DNA from: an uncultured delta proteobacterium
GTDB lineage: Bacteria > Myxococcota_A > UBA9160 > UBA4427
Direction: 5' to 3'
Length of the DNA stretch: 64,000 nucleotides
Assembly: GCA_963822965.1 (NCBI GenBank)
Contig: CAWGJT010000005.1
Coordinates: 1-64,000 of the forward strand
The notes under the pieces are model-generated. The model was not told the origin of the DNA. It saw only the letters and a list, made by a program, of their open reading frames with translations, and ran no database searches. This document shows positions 43,116 to 53,586 of this stretch, in pieces. Every line of letters begins with the position of its first letter. Positions within the stretch are counted from its first letter, which is position 1. The translations under genes were made by a program, and so were the position numbers.

Positions 43116-44787
43116 TCAGGGAAGGCGCCGCACGCCGGCCTCGGCGCCCCCGAGCAGGGTCCGCAGGTCCGGGAGACGGGGCCGCCGCGGCAGGACGTCC
43201 ACTTGATAGCGCTCCCCCTCGCGGATGCCCGCGCGGGAGGCCGCCTCGCGCAGCGCCTCGAGCGGGCCGCCGAGACGGTCCACGAGGCCGAGGTCCACGG
43301 CCCGCCGGCCGCTGAAGATGCGGCCCTCCGCCATCCGGCGCACGTCGTCCGGGTCCAGCTTGCGGCCCGCCGCCACGCGCCGCACGAAGACCTCGTAGAC
43401 GGCTTCCATGCCGCTGCGCACCGCCTGCCGCTCGTCGGGCGTGAAGCCGCGCGTCTCGCTGAAGACGCCCGGCCCGGGCGCTGCTCTCGAGCGCCTCGCG
43501 GCCCACGCCGAGGCGGCGGTAGAGCGCCTCGAGGTTGACCTTCCCGCCCACCACGCCGATCGAGCCCGTGACGCTGCCGGCCTCGGCCAGGATGGCGTCC
43601 GCCGCGGCGGCCAGGTAGTAGGCCGCCGGACGCGGCCACGTCGCCCATCGGAGACCACCACCGGCTTCTCGCGGCGGGTGAGCTCGATCTCCCGGTACAG
43701 CAGGTCGGACGCCACCGCGTCGCCGCCGCCCGAGTCCATCCGCAGCACGCGGCGCGCACGCGCGGCGTCCTCCCGGACGCCCTCGAGCAGGGACCCGAGC
43801 GCCTGGCTGCCGATGCCGCGCCGGGTCGGGCCGCGATGGATGCCGCCCGAGGCGACCAGGTAGGCGACCCGCGGCAGCTCCCGCAGCCAGGGATGCCAGC
43901 CCGGATCCTCGACCACCGCGCGCAGGTAGCGTCCAGACGTCCGACGAAGCCCACCTCGCGCTCGCGGGCACGGCGTCGCCCGGCGCTCTCCCCCGTCGGC
44001 CACCCGGGAGAGCGGTCGCAGCGCCTCCTCGAGCTCGTCCCGGTACAGGAAGCCATCGATCAGCCCGGCTTCCCGCGCCGCCGGGCGCCCAGTAGGGGCC
44101 GCCGATCGATGCGATCGCGAACCGCCTCGGGCGACAGGCCGCGGCCGCGCGCGACGGCGTCCACCAGCTCGGCGAAGAGGTCGCCCTGCCAGGACTCCAC
44201 CTGCTCGCGCTGCTCGGGCGACATGGAGCGCCGCGTCGCCAGCTCGCCGGCGCCCTTGTAGCGGCCGATGTGCACCACCTCGGGCGCCACCTCGAGCTTG
44301 TCGAGCAGGTCCTTCACGAAGACCTGCTCGCTGCGCAGACCCACCAGCGGCACGCCGCCGCTCTCGGGGATCCAGACCCGATCGGCGCCAGTCGCGATCC
44401 AGAGCTGCGCGGCGTCCAGGCTCTCGCCCCAGGCGACGACCGGCAGGCCCGCCTCCCGCACGCCGTCGACCCGCGCCGCAGGGCCGCCGCCTGGGCTGAA
44501 CCGATGGGGCCCGCTGCCGCGGAAACGCAGCAGCACGCCCGGCCAGGCGCGGATCGCGCGGCGGCGCGCTCGAGCGCGCGGAGCAGGTCCAGGTGGGAGA
44601 GCCAGGCCTCCCGCGGCCCTCCGAAGACGGGGCCGCCCCGCTCGTCGAGGTCGAGCCCGAGCGGAATCACGAGCCACAGGCTGTGAGCCCGCGCCGCACG
44701 GTCGAGACCGCCCCAGACCGTGCGCACGACCCGCGCGCCGTTTCGCGTCAGGCGCGCGACGAACCGCCACACCGGGACGACCGCCAA
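43116..44787 (-). CDS. sppA: Signal peptide peptidase SppA, long form (frameshifted)
   Basis: HIGRYKGAGE, RMDSGGG...SDL, MGDVAASGGYY, TGSIGV, AEGRIFSG..A...GLVDRLGG. Confidence 0.88.
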
Positions 44788-46433
44788 TCACCGCCTCCGG
44801 AGCTTCTTGTGGGCGATGTAGTCGACCATCAGGAAGGAGCCGAGCTGGCTGGGGCTGGTGTAGAAGGCGCGCCCGCTGGTTGATCCGCGTCATCTGCTCG
44901 ACGAAGCCCAGCAGCTCGGGCGCGTCGTCGAGCATGAAGGTGTTGATCGTGATCCCCTGCCGCGTGACGCGCCGCACCTGCTTCAGGGTCTGCAGCGACG
45001 GCGTGGGGAGAGATGCCGCCGAACCCCGAGGGCCACTCGACGCGCAGCTGCTCGCCGGCTTCGTCGGCTCGTAGTAGGCGGTGGGCTGCCCGTCGGTGAT
45101 CACGATGATCTGGGGCGACGAGCACGGAAACTGCCGGATCATGCGCTCGGCGATGCGCAGCCCGTCCTGCAGGTTCGTGAACGGGTCCGACACGTCCCAG
45201 CTCACCTCGGGCAGCTCTCGGATCGCGATCTCGCGCGCCTGGGTCGAGAAGCCGACCACCCCGAAGTGGTCGCGCGGAAAGCTCGAGCGGATGAGCTGGT
45301 CCATCGCCAGCGCCACGCGCTTGGCGGCGGGGAAGCGGCCCGCCCACGACATCGACCAGCTCATGTCGAGCAGCAGGATCGTCGTGGTCTGGGTCGTGTA
45401 GTCCATCTCGCGGATCTCGAAGTCCTCGACCTCGAGGCGGATCGGCAGCTCGCCCGAACCGAGGCCCTGCGCCGTGCGGCGCGCGACGCCGTTCATCACC
45501 GTCCGCACGATGTCGAGATCGAGGTCGTCGCCGAACGCCCAGGGACGCGTCTCGTCGGGACGCGGCAGGCCGACGCCCGCGCGACTGGGTCTCGTGCTGT
45601 CCGGCGAGCCCCTTGCGCAGCGCGCGTGTACACGTCCGCCAGCGCGTTGGCGCCGATGGCCGGATCGCGCGCGGGGTGAGCTCCGGATCGCCGCCGCCGC
45701 GCAGGTAGCCCGCCTTCTCCAGCTCGGACTCGAGGTCGCGCAGCATGACGAGGGACTGGGCGGCCGGGTCGTCCCAGCAGCTCGCGCAGCTCGTCGGGCG
45801 AGATCGGCTCGAAGTTGCCCTCCTGGAGGTTGCGGGCGAGCTGCTCGAGCGCCTCGATCCGCTCGCGCAGCTCCTGGGCCGTCTCGTAGTCCGCGGACTC
45901 GCTGCCGTGGAAGCGGTCGCCCCGCTGCCGCAGGAACTCCTCGAGCGGCCGCAGGCGATCGAGCTCGTCCAGCAGCTCGCGGAACTCGTCCCCGGCCTGC
46001 TCGTCCTCGAAGGCGTGGTCGCGCATGCGCTCGATGCGCTCCGAGAGCGCTCGCTGCCCTCGGCGTGCCGCCGCTCGAGGAACTCGTTCATGCGCGACGA
46101 CTCGAAGCCGTGCTGCTCCCGCAGCGCCTCCTGCTCGCGGTCGAGGATCTCGTCGAGCCGCCGCTGCATCTCGGACGTGGCCTGGCTCACGTCGAACTGC
46201 CGGTAGAGGGAGTCGACCTGGTCGCGCAGCTCGCGGATGAGCTCCTGCCGCGCCCATCACGCGCATGTTCATGCCCGCCATCGGGAAGCCGTGCTCGCGC
46301 ATCCACTCGAGGGCCTCGCGGGCGTCGAGCCCTTCCATCATCAGGTCGGAGAGCGTGCTCGAGGGCGCTGGCCACGTCCATGCGTGAACGCCGTCTGGCG
46401 GCCGTCCCAGCGGCTGTAGCGGTAGGCCTTCAT
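44788..46433 (-). CDS. vWA domain protein (Rv0959-like), frameshifted
   Basis: [42 protein letters not shown]. Confidence 0.85.
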
Positions 46434-47855
46434 GCCCTCTCGTAGCGGACGCCGGCCGCGGTGCGCGTCCTTGTTCAGACGGTTCGCGAGATGCAGCCCC
46501 TCCAGCAGGAACTCGATCGCCGCCGCCATGCGACGCGGGCGAGGCTCCCGCCGGCCAGGCGCAGGGCGCGCCGTCGCGCAGGCCGTCGATCTCGTCGAGC
46601 CCCACGAGGTACTCGGCCGACGGCATCTCCGCCGAGACCTCCACCTGCCAGCCCGCGTCGAAGGCCTTCACCACGGACTCGAGCTCTTCCAGGCGCCACG
46701 CGCTCGTCGAACACCACGTGGACGGCGCGCCGCGCCATGCCCTCCAGCAGCTCGCCCTCGCTGCGCTCGCACGCCGGCGTACTCGAGCTCGAGCTTGCCG
46801 GTGGTCGAGGCCAGCAGCGCTTCCAGGTCCGAGATGCGCGGCACCGCCTCGGCCTCGCCCCGGCGCAGCGCGCGGCGCACGGCGCTGGCCACCAGCGTCT
46901 CGTAGTTCGCGATGCTCATGCGCACCGACACGCCGGAGCTCTGGCTCACGTCGGGGCTGCTGCGCGCCTGGAACGTGATCTCGCCCACGATCTGCTCCAT
47001 GTAGTCCGGCACGACGACCTCGACGCCGTCCGCCGCGGGCGAGCTCCGCCTCCTGCCGCACGATCGCGAGCTCGGTCTCGCGGTCCCGCGGGATAGTGGG
47101 TGCGGATCTGCGCCGCGTAGCGGTCCTTCAGCGGCGTGATGATGCGACCGCGGCTGGTGTAGTCCTCGGGGTTCGCGCTGGCGACCACCAGCACGTCGAG
47201 GGGCAGGCGCACCCGGTAGCCCTTCACCTGGACGTCGCGCTCCTCCATCACGTTGAACAGCCCCACCTGCACCTTCTCCGTCAGGTCGGGCAGCTCGTTG
47301 ATGCAGAAGATGCCGCGGTTGCTGCGCGGCAGCAGGCCGAAGTGGATGGTGTACTCGTCGGCCAGGTGGCGGCCCTCGGCGACCTTGATGGGATCGACGT
47401 CGCCGATCAGGTCGGCGATGGAGACGTCCGGGGTGGCGAGCTTCTCGACGTAGCGGTCGTCCCGGTGCAGCCAGGCGATCGCGCGTGGCGTCGCCCTGCT
47501 CGGCGACCTGCTGCGCGCGCGAAGGCCGAGACCGGCGCCAGGGGATCGTCGTGGATCTCGCTGCCGGCGACCATCGGGCACCCACTCGTCGAGCAGGCCC
47601 ACGCAGCGAGCGGATCATGCGCGTCTTCGCCTGGCCCCGCTCGCCGAGGAAGATCATGTCGTGGCCCGAGAGCAGCGCGTTCTCGACGGCGGGGACCACG
47701 GTGTCGTCGTAGCCGCGGATCTTCGTGAAGAGGGGGAGGCCCTCCCGCAGGTGCCGACGCAGATTCGCCTGGATCTCCTCGCGCAGGCTGCGCAGGCCGT
47801 ATCCGGCCGCGCGCAGTTCGCCGAGCGTCCGCGCGGCCGGGGGAGCAGTGGGCAT
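46430..47855 (-). CDS. Mg-chelatase-like AAA+ ATPase (Rv0958-like), frameshifted
   Basis: [55 protein letters not shown]. Confidence 0.9.
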
Positions 47856-47870
47856 GGAGCCTCCGAAGGG

Positions 47871-49138
47871 TCAGGGTTCGACCCCAGGGTAGACCGTCCC
47901 CGGCGCCTTACCAGAACCCCGGCAGGCCGCGGCGCGCTTCAGGCCGGGCTCGGCGCCCTCGACCTGCCCGTGCCGGCGCAGCGTCTCGATCACGTGGCGG
48001 ATGATCAGCAGCACCGAGCCGTCGATCGTCACGTTGTCGACGATCGGAACGTCGAAGCGATCGGCCAGGTCGAGGAACTCGTCCTGGATCTTGAGGATCG
48101 CATCGAGGTTCCGCACGTAGCGGTCGCCCGCCGCGGCGCTTCTGCTCGCGGCTGCGCGAGATGAAGTGGCTGCGGAAGGCGTCTTCGTCGAGCCGCGCCA
48201 CCACCAGGAAGATCACGTGGGCGACGTCCTTGTAGGCGGACAGGTCGATGAGCCCCGGCACGAGGCTCACGCCGTCGAGGATCAGGCTCTCGCTCTCGTC
48301 GATCGCGCGGTCGATCATGGCGCGGATGCCCACCGAGACCACCGACGCCTGGGCGTGGAAGCCCGTCGATCACCCGGTCCTCTCCCGACTCCTGCACGGT
48401 GTGCGGGTGGGCCTCGAACGACGAGGCGTGAATGGCCGGGACCAGGTCCCGGGTCAGGGTGATGCGCAGGATCTGGCGGATCGAGTCGGTGGAGACCACC
48501 CGGCGGATGCCGAGCCGCTGGGCCACCTCGAGGGCCAGGGTCGTCTTGCCGCAGCCGGTGGTGCCCCCGAGCAGCAGGATCACCGGCTTCTCGGGCTCCT
48601 GGTGGCGGCGCCAGATGAGGTAGCGCTCGGCGGTCTGCTGGCCGAAGCGGTTCAGCAGGGCTTCGTAGGCGAGCCCGCGCAGCACACTCCGGGCGACCTG
48701 ATGGCTGCCGCGCCGCAGCAGCGACTGCTCGATCTCCTCGGCCACGTCGAAGGCGTCGTTGGGGTCGATGGACGCCGCCAGCAACGACTGGGAGAGGGTG
48801 CCCTTCGAGAAGGGAGCGGGGGCGCGACGATCGTTCGTGACCAGGATGCGACCGGGATGCGGAGGCAGCGGAGGCTGGTGCTCGCGCAGGGCCTCGTCGC
48901 CCAGGATCTCGCGGACGATCTTCGCGAGCTCCTGGCGCTCGACCACGCCCCGGCCGATGACGCGCTTGCGGACGTCCTCGGCGGTCTCGAGGGCCGCCTC
49001 GAAGTCGATTCCCCGCGCCATCAGCGAGTGCACCATGATGCCGCGCATGAAGGGACGTCGACCGGCGGCGTCCTCCACGGACACCCGGCCCTCGTCGGAA
49101 GGTCCCCGCTCCTCTTGCTGTCTTCGTGATTTCGTCAC
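47871..49138 (-). CDS. 2-phosphoglycerate kinase-like protein with two ATP-cone-like domains (frameshifted)
   Basis: PFMRGIMVHSL and PFSKGTLSQSL repeats; ERYLIWR..PVILLLGGTTGCGKTT; STDSIRQILR; IHASSF; DGVSLVPG. Confidence 0.8.
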
Positions 49139-49539
49139 CGGTTCGTCAGCCTATCTCAATCCGGGCCTGGTCCGAGCGCCGCCCTTGTAGTCCCCGCGGG
49201 CGAAACGTTCTGTGGCGGCTTCGCGTCCCCCCCGGCCGGAGAGTGGAGGGACCGGCTGCATGTGGCAAGACGACCCCTCGTGTCGCAACCGGAACAATCT
49301 ATGGCGATTTTGCTTGACTTTCACCGCCGTTCGCAGTTTCCTGCCCGTACTGCACGACGCCCTGCGGGCGCCCCCTGCCCACCCGGTCGTGCCCGGTTCC
49401 GACGCGAGCCCGAGACCGCCAGACACAGTCAGACACCGCCCCCAGGGAGAAGGCCAGAGAGAAGGCCGCAAGCGGCCCGAGAAGCGCCAGAGGACCCGCA
49501 GGCCGCAGCCGGCCTGCACGGAGAGCGCGAGGAGCGTCG

Positions 49540-50055
49540 ATGAATCACACCGCCTCGGACTTCTACCGCACTCGCGACGTCGTCGACATTCTGGGAATCT
49601 CGCGGCGGCAGCTCCAGTACTGGGCGCAGACCGATCTCGTCTCTCCGTCGGCCACCACGCCCGGTGGACACCGCCGTTACAGCTTCGGCGACCTCGTGGC
49701 ACTGAAGGCCACCAAGCGGCTGATCGACGCCGGTGTCTCCGTCCAGCGAATTCGCACGAGCATCCAGGCGCTGCGCCGCACCCTGCCGGACGTCGCACGA
49801 CCGCTGTCGGAGCTCGTGCTCGTCGCCACCGGCGACGTGGTGCTCGTATTCCGCGAAGGGTCCGCCTTCGAGGCCGTCTCCGGTCAGGAGTGGGTCTTCG
49901 AGGTGGCCCACTTCGAGCGAGAGGTCCGCGCCTGGAGGCGCGCGCTCGGGGAACGGTCCCCCCGCGCGGCCCGATCGGTCATGCGGCGTGCCGGAGCCGC
50001 CCGGGGCGGGACCCAGCAGGACGGAAGCAGGCGTGAGCTGAGCGAGACGGGCTGA
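49540..50055 (+). CDS. MerR-family HTH regulator
   Basis: YRTRDVVDILGISRRQLQYWAQTDLVSPS...HRRYSFGDLVALK..KRLIDAGVSVQRIR. Confidence 0.9.
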   Translation: MNHTASDFYRTRDVVDILGISRRQLQYWAQTDLVSPSATTPGGHRRYSFGDLVALKATKRLIDAGVSVQRIRTSIQALRRTLPDVARPLSELVLVATGDVVLVFREGSAFEAVSGQEWVFEVAHFEREVRAWRRALGERSPRAARSVMRRAGAARGGTQQDGSRRELSETG

Positions 50056-50096
50056 ACGAGTCTCGCGGCAAGACGGCAGAAACGGGGGGATCTGCC

Positions 50097-51199
50097 ATGC
50101 GAATCATCGCCATCGTCAATCAGAAGGGCGGCTGCGGAAAGACGACCACTACGGTGAATCTCGCCGGGGCTCTCGAGGCGGACGGCGCCCGGGTGCTCGT
50201 CGTGGATCTCGACCCCCAGGCCCACGCCACCCTGGCCCTCGGCATCGACCCCGACGAGCTCGACGAGAATCTCTACGAGGTGCTGGCCGAGCCCGGGGGC
50301 GAGGCGTCCCTCGCAGCCGTGCTCGTGAACGTCTCCGAACGGATCGATCTGGCGCCGTCGAGCATCGTGATGTCCGCGCTCGAGCAGAAGCTCGCCGCCG
50401 AGCGTCAGGACGCCCGCACCGAGCGGCTCAAGCTCGCGCTCGAAGGACTCGGTCCCGCCTACGACTACGTGCTGATCGATTGTCCGCCCAACGTGGGGCT
50501 GCTCACCTTCAATGCGCTGCGCGCCGCGGGCGAGGTGATCGTGCCGCTGGAAGCGAGCTTCTTCGCGATCGACGGCGTACAGAAGCTGCTGGAAACCATC
50601 GGCCTGCTGTCGGATCGCATCGGCCACCATCTCGAGGTGCGCATCCTGCCCACGCTGTACGACGGTCGCACGCGCTACGCGCGCCAGACCCTGGCCGACA
50701 TCCGCGAGCTCTTCAAGGACCTGTGCTTCGACACGGTGATCCGCCAGAACGTGAAGCTGCGGGAGACGGCTCGCGACAGGGCGTGCCGATCTCGCGCTAT
50801 GCGCCGAGCGCCAACGGCGCGCTGGACTACGCGGCGGTCGCCATCGAGATCGAGGCGTCCCCGCCCACGGCCGACCTGCGGCTTCCCGCGGCGCCGGACC
50901 CGCTGCCGGAGCCCCTGCCGGAGCTGCCGATCCGCGAGGTGATGGTCCGCTTCGCCGACGCCCAGGCGGGCGACGTCCGCATCGCCGGGGACTTCAACGG
51001 CTGGGTTCCCGACAAGGGCGTGCGTTCGGTGATCGAGGCGGAGGACGGCTCGCGGGTGTGGACCAAGATCCTCCGCCTGCCGCCCGGCACCTACCAGTAC
51101 CGCTACGTGGTCGACGGGGAGTGGCGCGAGGATCCCACGAATGCGAACACCGCCGGCGGCGAGACCGGACCGACGAACTCGGTGCTGATCGTCCGCTGA
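50097..51199 (+). CDS. ParA/Soj-family ATPase fused to a C-terminal AMPK-beta-type glycogen-binding (CBM48) domain (frameshift near 50770)
   Basis: NQKGGCGKTT, VDLDPQAHAT, IDCPP, YDGRT, IRQNVKL; then IAGDFNGW...VWTKILRLPPGTYQYRYVVDGEWREDPTN...NSVL. Confidence 0.88.
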
Positions 51200-51298
51200 G
51201 GCCGGGGGACGCCGGGCGGCAGCCCACGCCCGGGAAGATCGCGCGAAGCGGCCGGAGACACGCTGGAAAAGTCGTCGCATCGGGGCTAGCACTAGGCC

Positions 51299-52118
51299 AT
51301 GCCCCGAGACCTGGCGGACGTGCTCCATCACCTGATCCCGGAGTCCGGGCCGCCCGGCGATTCCCCGGTGCAGCCCCGCCCGCAGGCTCCCGTCGCCCCT
51401 TCCCGGCCGGCCGCGTTCTGCCAGCCCTACGCCGGACGGCTCATCGCGGTTCCCATCGGCGAGCGCGACGTGGTGCGCGCCGCCTTCGTGTGGAATCTCG
51501 CCGTCGAGGCGGCCCGCCTGGGCGGCAGCGCCACCATCGTGGCGCCGGGCCAGGACTCGGGCAGCTCGCTCTGGCCCGAGGAGTCGATTCGACCCATGGG
51601 CTCCGAGGTGGTGCTGACCCCCGCCACGAACCTCGGCGAGCTCCACCGGGAAGCCCTGCAGATCGCCACGGTGCGGGCGAGCATGGGTCCGACGCCGGGG
51701 CTGATCTTCGTGCGGGTCCCCCCGCTGTGGCTGCGCGAGCCCGGAGCGGGCGCGGGGCTCCTCGCCTGGACGCTGCTCCTCACCTCGTCGGAGGGCCGCG
51801 ACCTGCTCGAGTGCTACGGCCTCACCCGGCTCGTCGAGAGTGTCCTGCCCGGCGCCCGGGTGGGCATCACGGTTCACGGCACGCGGCGCCAGGGCGAGGC
51901 CCAGGCGGCCTTCGCCCGCCTCGCCGAGGTGGTGTCCACGGCGCCTGGGCCGTCCGGTCAGGAGCTACGGCCTGCTCGTCGACGACCTCCACGTGTATCG
52001 AGCCATCGTCGACCAGCGTCCAATCGGCATGGTGCAGCCCCAGTCACCCGCCGCCCGGTCCCTGCGCGCCGTCGCCGAGATGCTGCTCGAGGACGCCCGG
52101 AAGCCCCTGGATGTCTGA
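51299..52118 (+). CDS. Degenerate FlhG/MinD-like protein lacking Walker A (frameshift near 51940)
   Basis: LIAVPIGERDVVRAAFVWNLAVEAARLG; C-terminal AFARLAEVVSTRLG...YGLLVDDLHVYRAIVDQRPIGMVQPQSPAARSLRAVAEML. Confidence 0.65.
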
Positions 52119-52701
52119 GCCCGGCCCGTCGCTCGGCGTGGCCGGCCCCCTGTCCCGGGACGCGATCCGGGACGCCGTCCGCCGGGCCAGCCCGTTCGAG
52201 CCGCCCATCCGCATCCTGGCGGAGGACGTGCTGGGCGCCGATTCGCGCATCGACTTCGTCGCCGTCGATCCCTCCGGGCGGATCGTCCTGGTGCTGATCG
52301 GCGACGAAGGGGAGGACGGCGGGCTCCTCACCCGGGGACTGGCGCAGCGGGCCTGGGTCCGACCGCGGCTGGCGGATTGGCTCAAGCTGGGTCCCCAGCT
52401 CGAGATCCAGGCGCAGGCGCCCGTGCAGGTCGCCCTGCTGTGCCCGTCGTTCTCGCCCGAGACCCGCGCCGCCGCCGAGGACCTGGGAGCCGAGATCCTC
52501 CAGCTCTACAGCTGCAGGAGCATTCGCCACGACGGCGGCGCGCTGGCGCTGGTCGAGCGCATCTCGCCCCCTGTGGCGGCACCGTTCGTCGCGAGCGCTC
52601 CGTTCGAGGCCCCACGGCCCGCCCCCGCGTCGCGCTTCCGCAGCGGCCTCAGCGAGGAAGATCTCGGGCTCACGCCCGACGAGATCCGCGACTTCGAGTA
52701 G
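52111..52701 (+). CDS. NucS/PD-(D/E)XK-like fold protein, probably inactive, with an acidic C-terminal tail
   Basis: RIDFVAVDPSGRIVLVLIG (no E-x-K); LLCPSFS; ends LSEEDLGLTPDEIRDFE. Confidence 0.6.
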   Translation: MSEPGPSLGVAGPLSRDAIRDAVRRASPFEPPIRILAEDVLGADSRIDFVAVDPSGRIVLVLIGDEGEDGGLLTRGLAQRAWVRPRLADWLKLGPQLEIQAQAPVQVALLCPSFSPETRAAAEDLGAEILQLYSCRSIRHDGGALALVERISPPVAAPFVASAPFEAPRPAPASRFRSGLSEEDLGLTPDEIRDFE

Positions 52702-52828
52702 CGCCGTCCGAGCGCCGGGACGCCCCGGCCGTCCCGTGCAGCCGAATCCGGTCGATTCGTCGGCGACTTACCGGTGCGAGCTGCCGGTCCTCGCGACGCC
52801 CGCCGGCTTGCTGCCGGTGCCGCGCTTC

Positions 52829-52875
52829 GTCACCGGTGACTTTTTTTGACACCTCGGACGTCCAGCGAGCCACTT
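52829..52875 (+). promoter_or_regulatory. 12-bp palindrome GTCACCGGTGAC just upstream of a TTGACA -35 before the ECF sigma gene
   Basis: gtcaccggtgac-tttttttgaca; -10 not clear. Confidence 0.4.
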
Positions 52876-52975
52876 CCAACTCGGGGGGGGTTCCGCGCCG
52901 GCAGCGGCGGAGCCGCGAGGCTGGACCTGGGAAGCGCTGGCGAAGAAGCTGTGCGGAGCTGAAGGGGGTTTTGTT

Positions 52976-53542
52976 TTGGCGGCCGGGCACGGGGCACCGG
53001 TAGCGGAGTCGGACGACTCGCTGGTTCGGCGCGCACGAACGGGAGACGAGCGAGCCTTCGAGCAGCTCTACGAGCGCTTCTTCAAGCGCATCTACCGCTT
53101 CGTCGACAAGCGTCTCCGCAATACCGCAGATACCGAAGAAACGGTTCAGGAAGTCTTCATCAACGTCTTCAACTCCATCGACGGCTACCGCGGCGACGCG
53201 CCGTTCGCCGCCTGGGTCTTCGGGGTCACCCGACGCACCATCGCCGGCCGCTTCAAGCGCAAGCGCCATGTCACGGTTCCCCTCGGCGAGGACGAGCACG
53301 ACCGTGCGTCCGTCGGCGCCTTCGCCCAGGCATCCCCGCTCGAGCTCTACGAGTGCGAGGAGCTGCTCGCGCAGATCGAGGAGAAGCTGGCCGGCCGGAT
53401 CACGGACGAGCAGCGCGAGCTCTTCCACCTCCACCACCTCGAGGACCGACCGATCAGCGAGATCGCCCGGACGCTCAAGAAGAGCGAGAACGCGGTCAAA
53501 TCCAACCTGTACCGAACCCGGAAGGTGCTGCTGGCGAAATAG
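52976..53542 (+). CDS. ECF RNA polymerase sigma factor
   Basis: LVRRARTGDERAFEQLY, EETVQEVF, FAAWVFGV, ISEIARTL..SENAVKSNLYR. Confidence 0.92.
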   Translation: MAAGHGAPVAESDDSLVRRARTGDERAFEQLYERFFKRIYRFVDKRLRNTADTEETVQEVFINVFNSIDGYRGDAPFAAWVFGVTRRTIAGRFKRKRHVTVPLGEDEHDRASVGAFAQASPLELYECEELLAQIEEKLAGRITDEQRELFHLHHLEDRPISEIARTLKKSENAVKSNLYRTRKVLLAK

Positions 53543-53586
53543 CGGGGCCGAGTCCCGCTCGGGAATTCCAGGCTACGCTCGCCGCG

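Noticed and set aside
46430..47855. Bacteriochlorophyll Mg-chelatase indicating phototrophy
   Set aside because: Motifs match the widespread Rv0958-like family; no bchH or other photosynthesis genes
50097..50942. Chromosome or plasmid partitioning parAB locus
   Set aside because: No parB, parS-like palindrome or rep gene nearby; C-terminal CBM48 present
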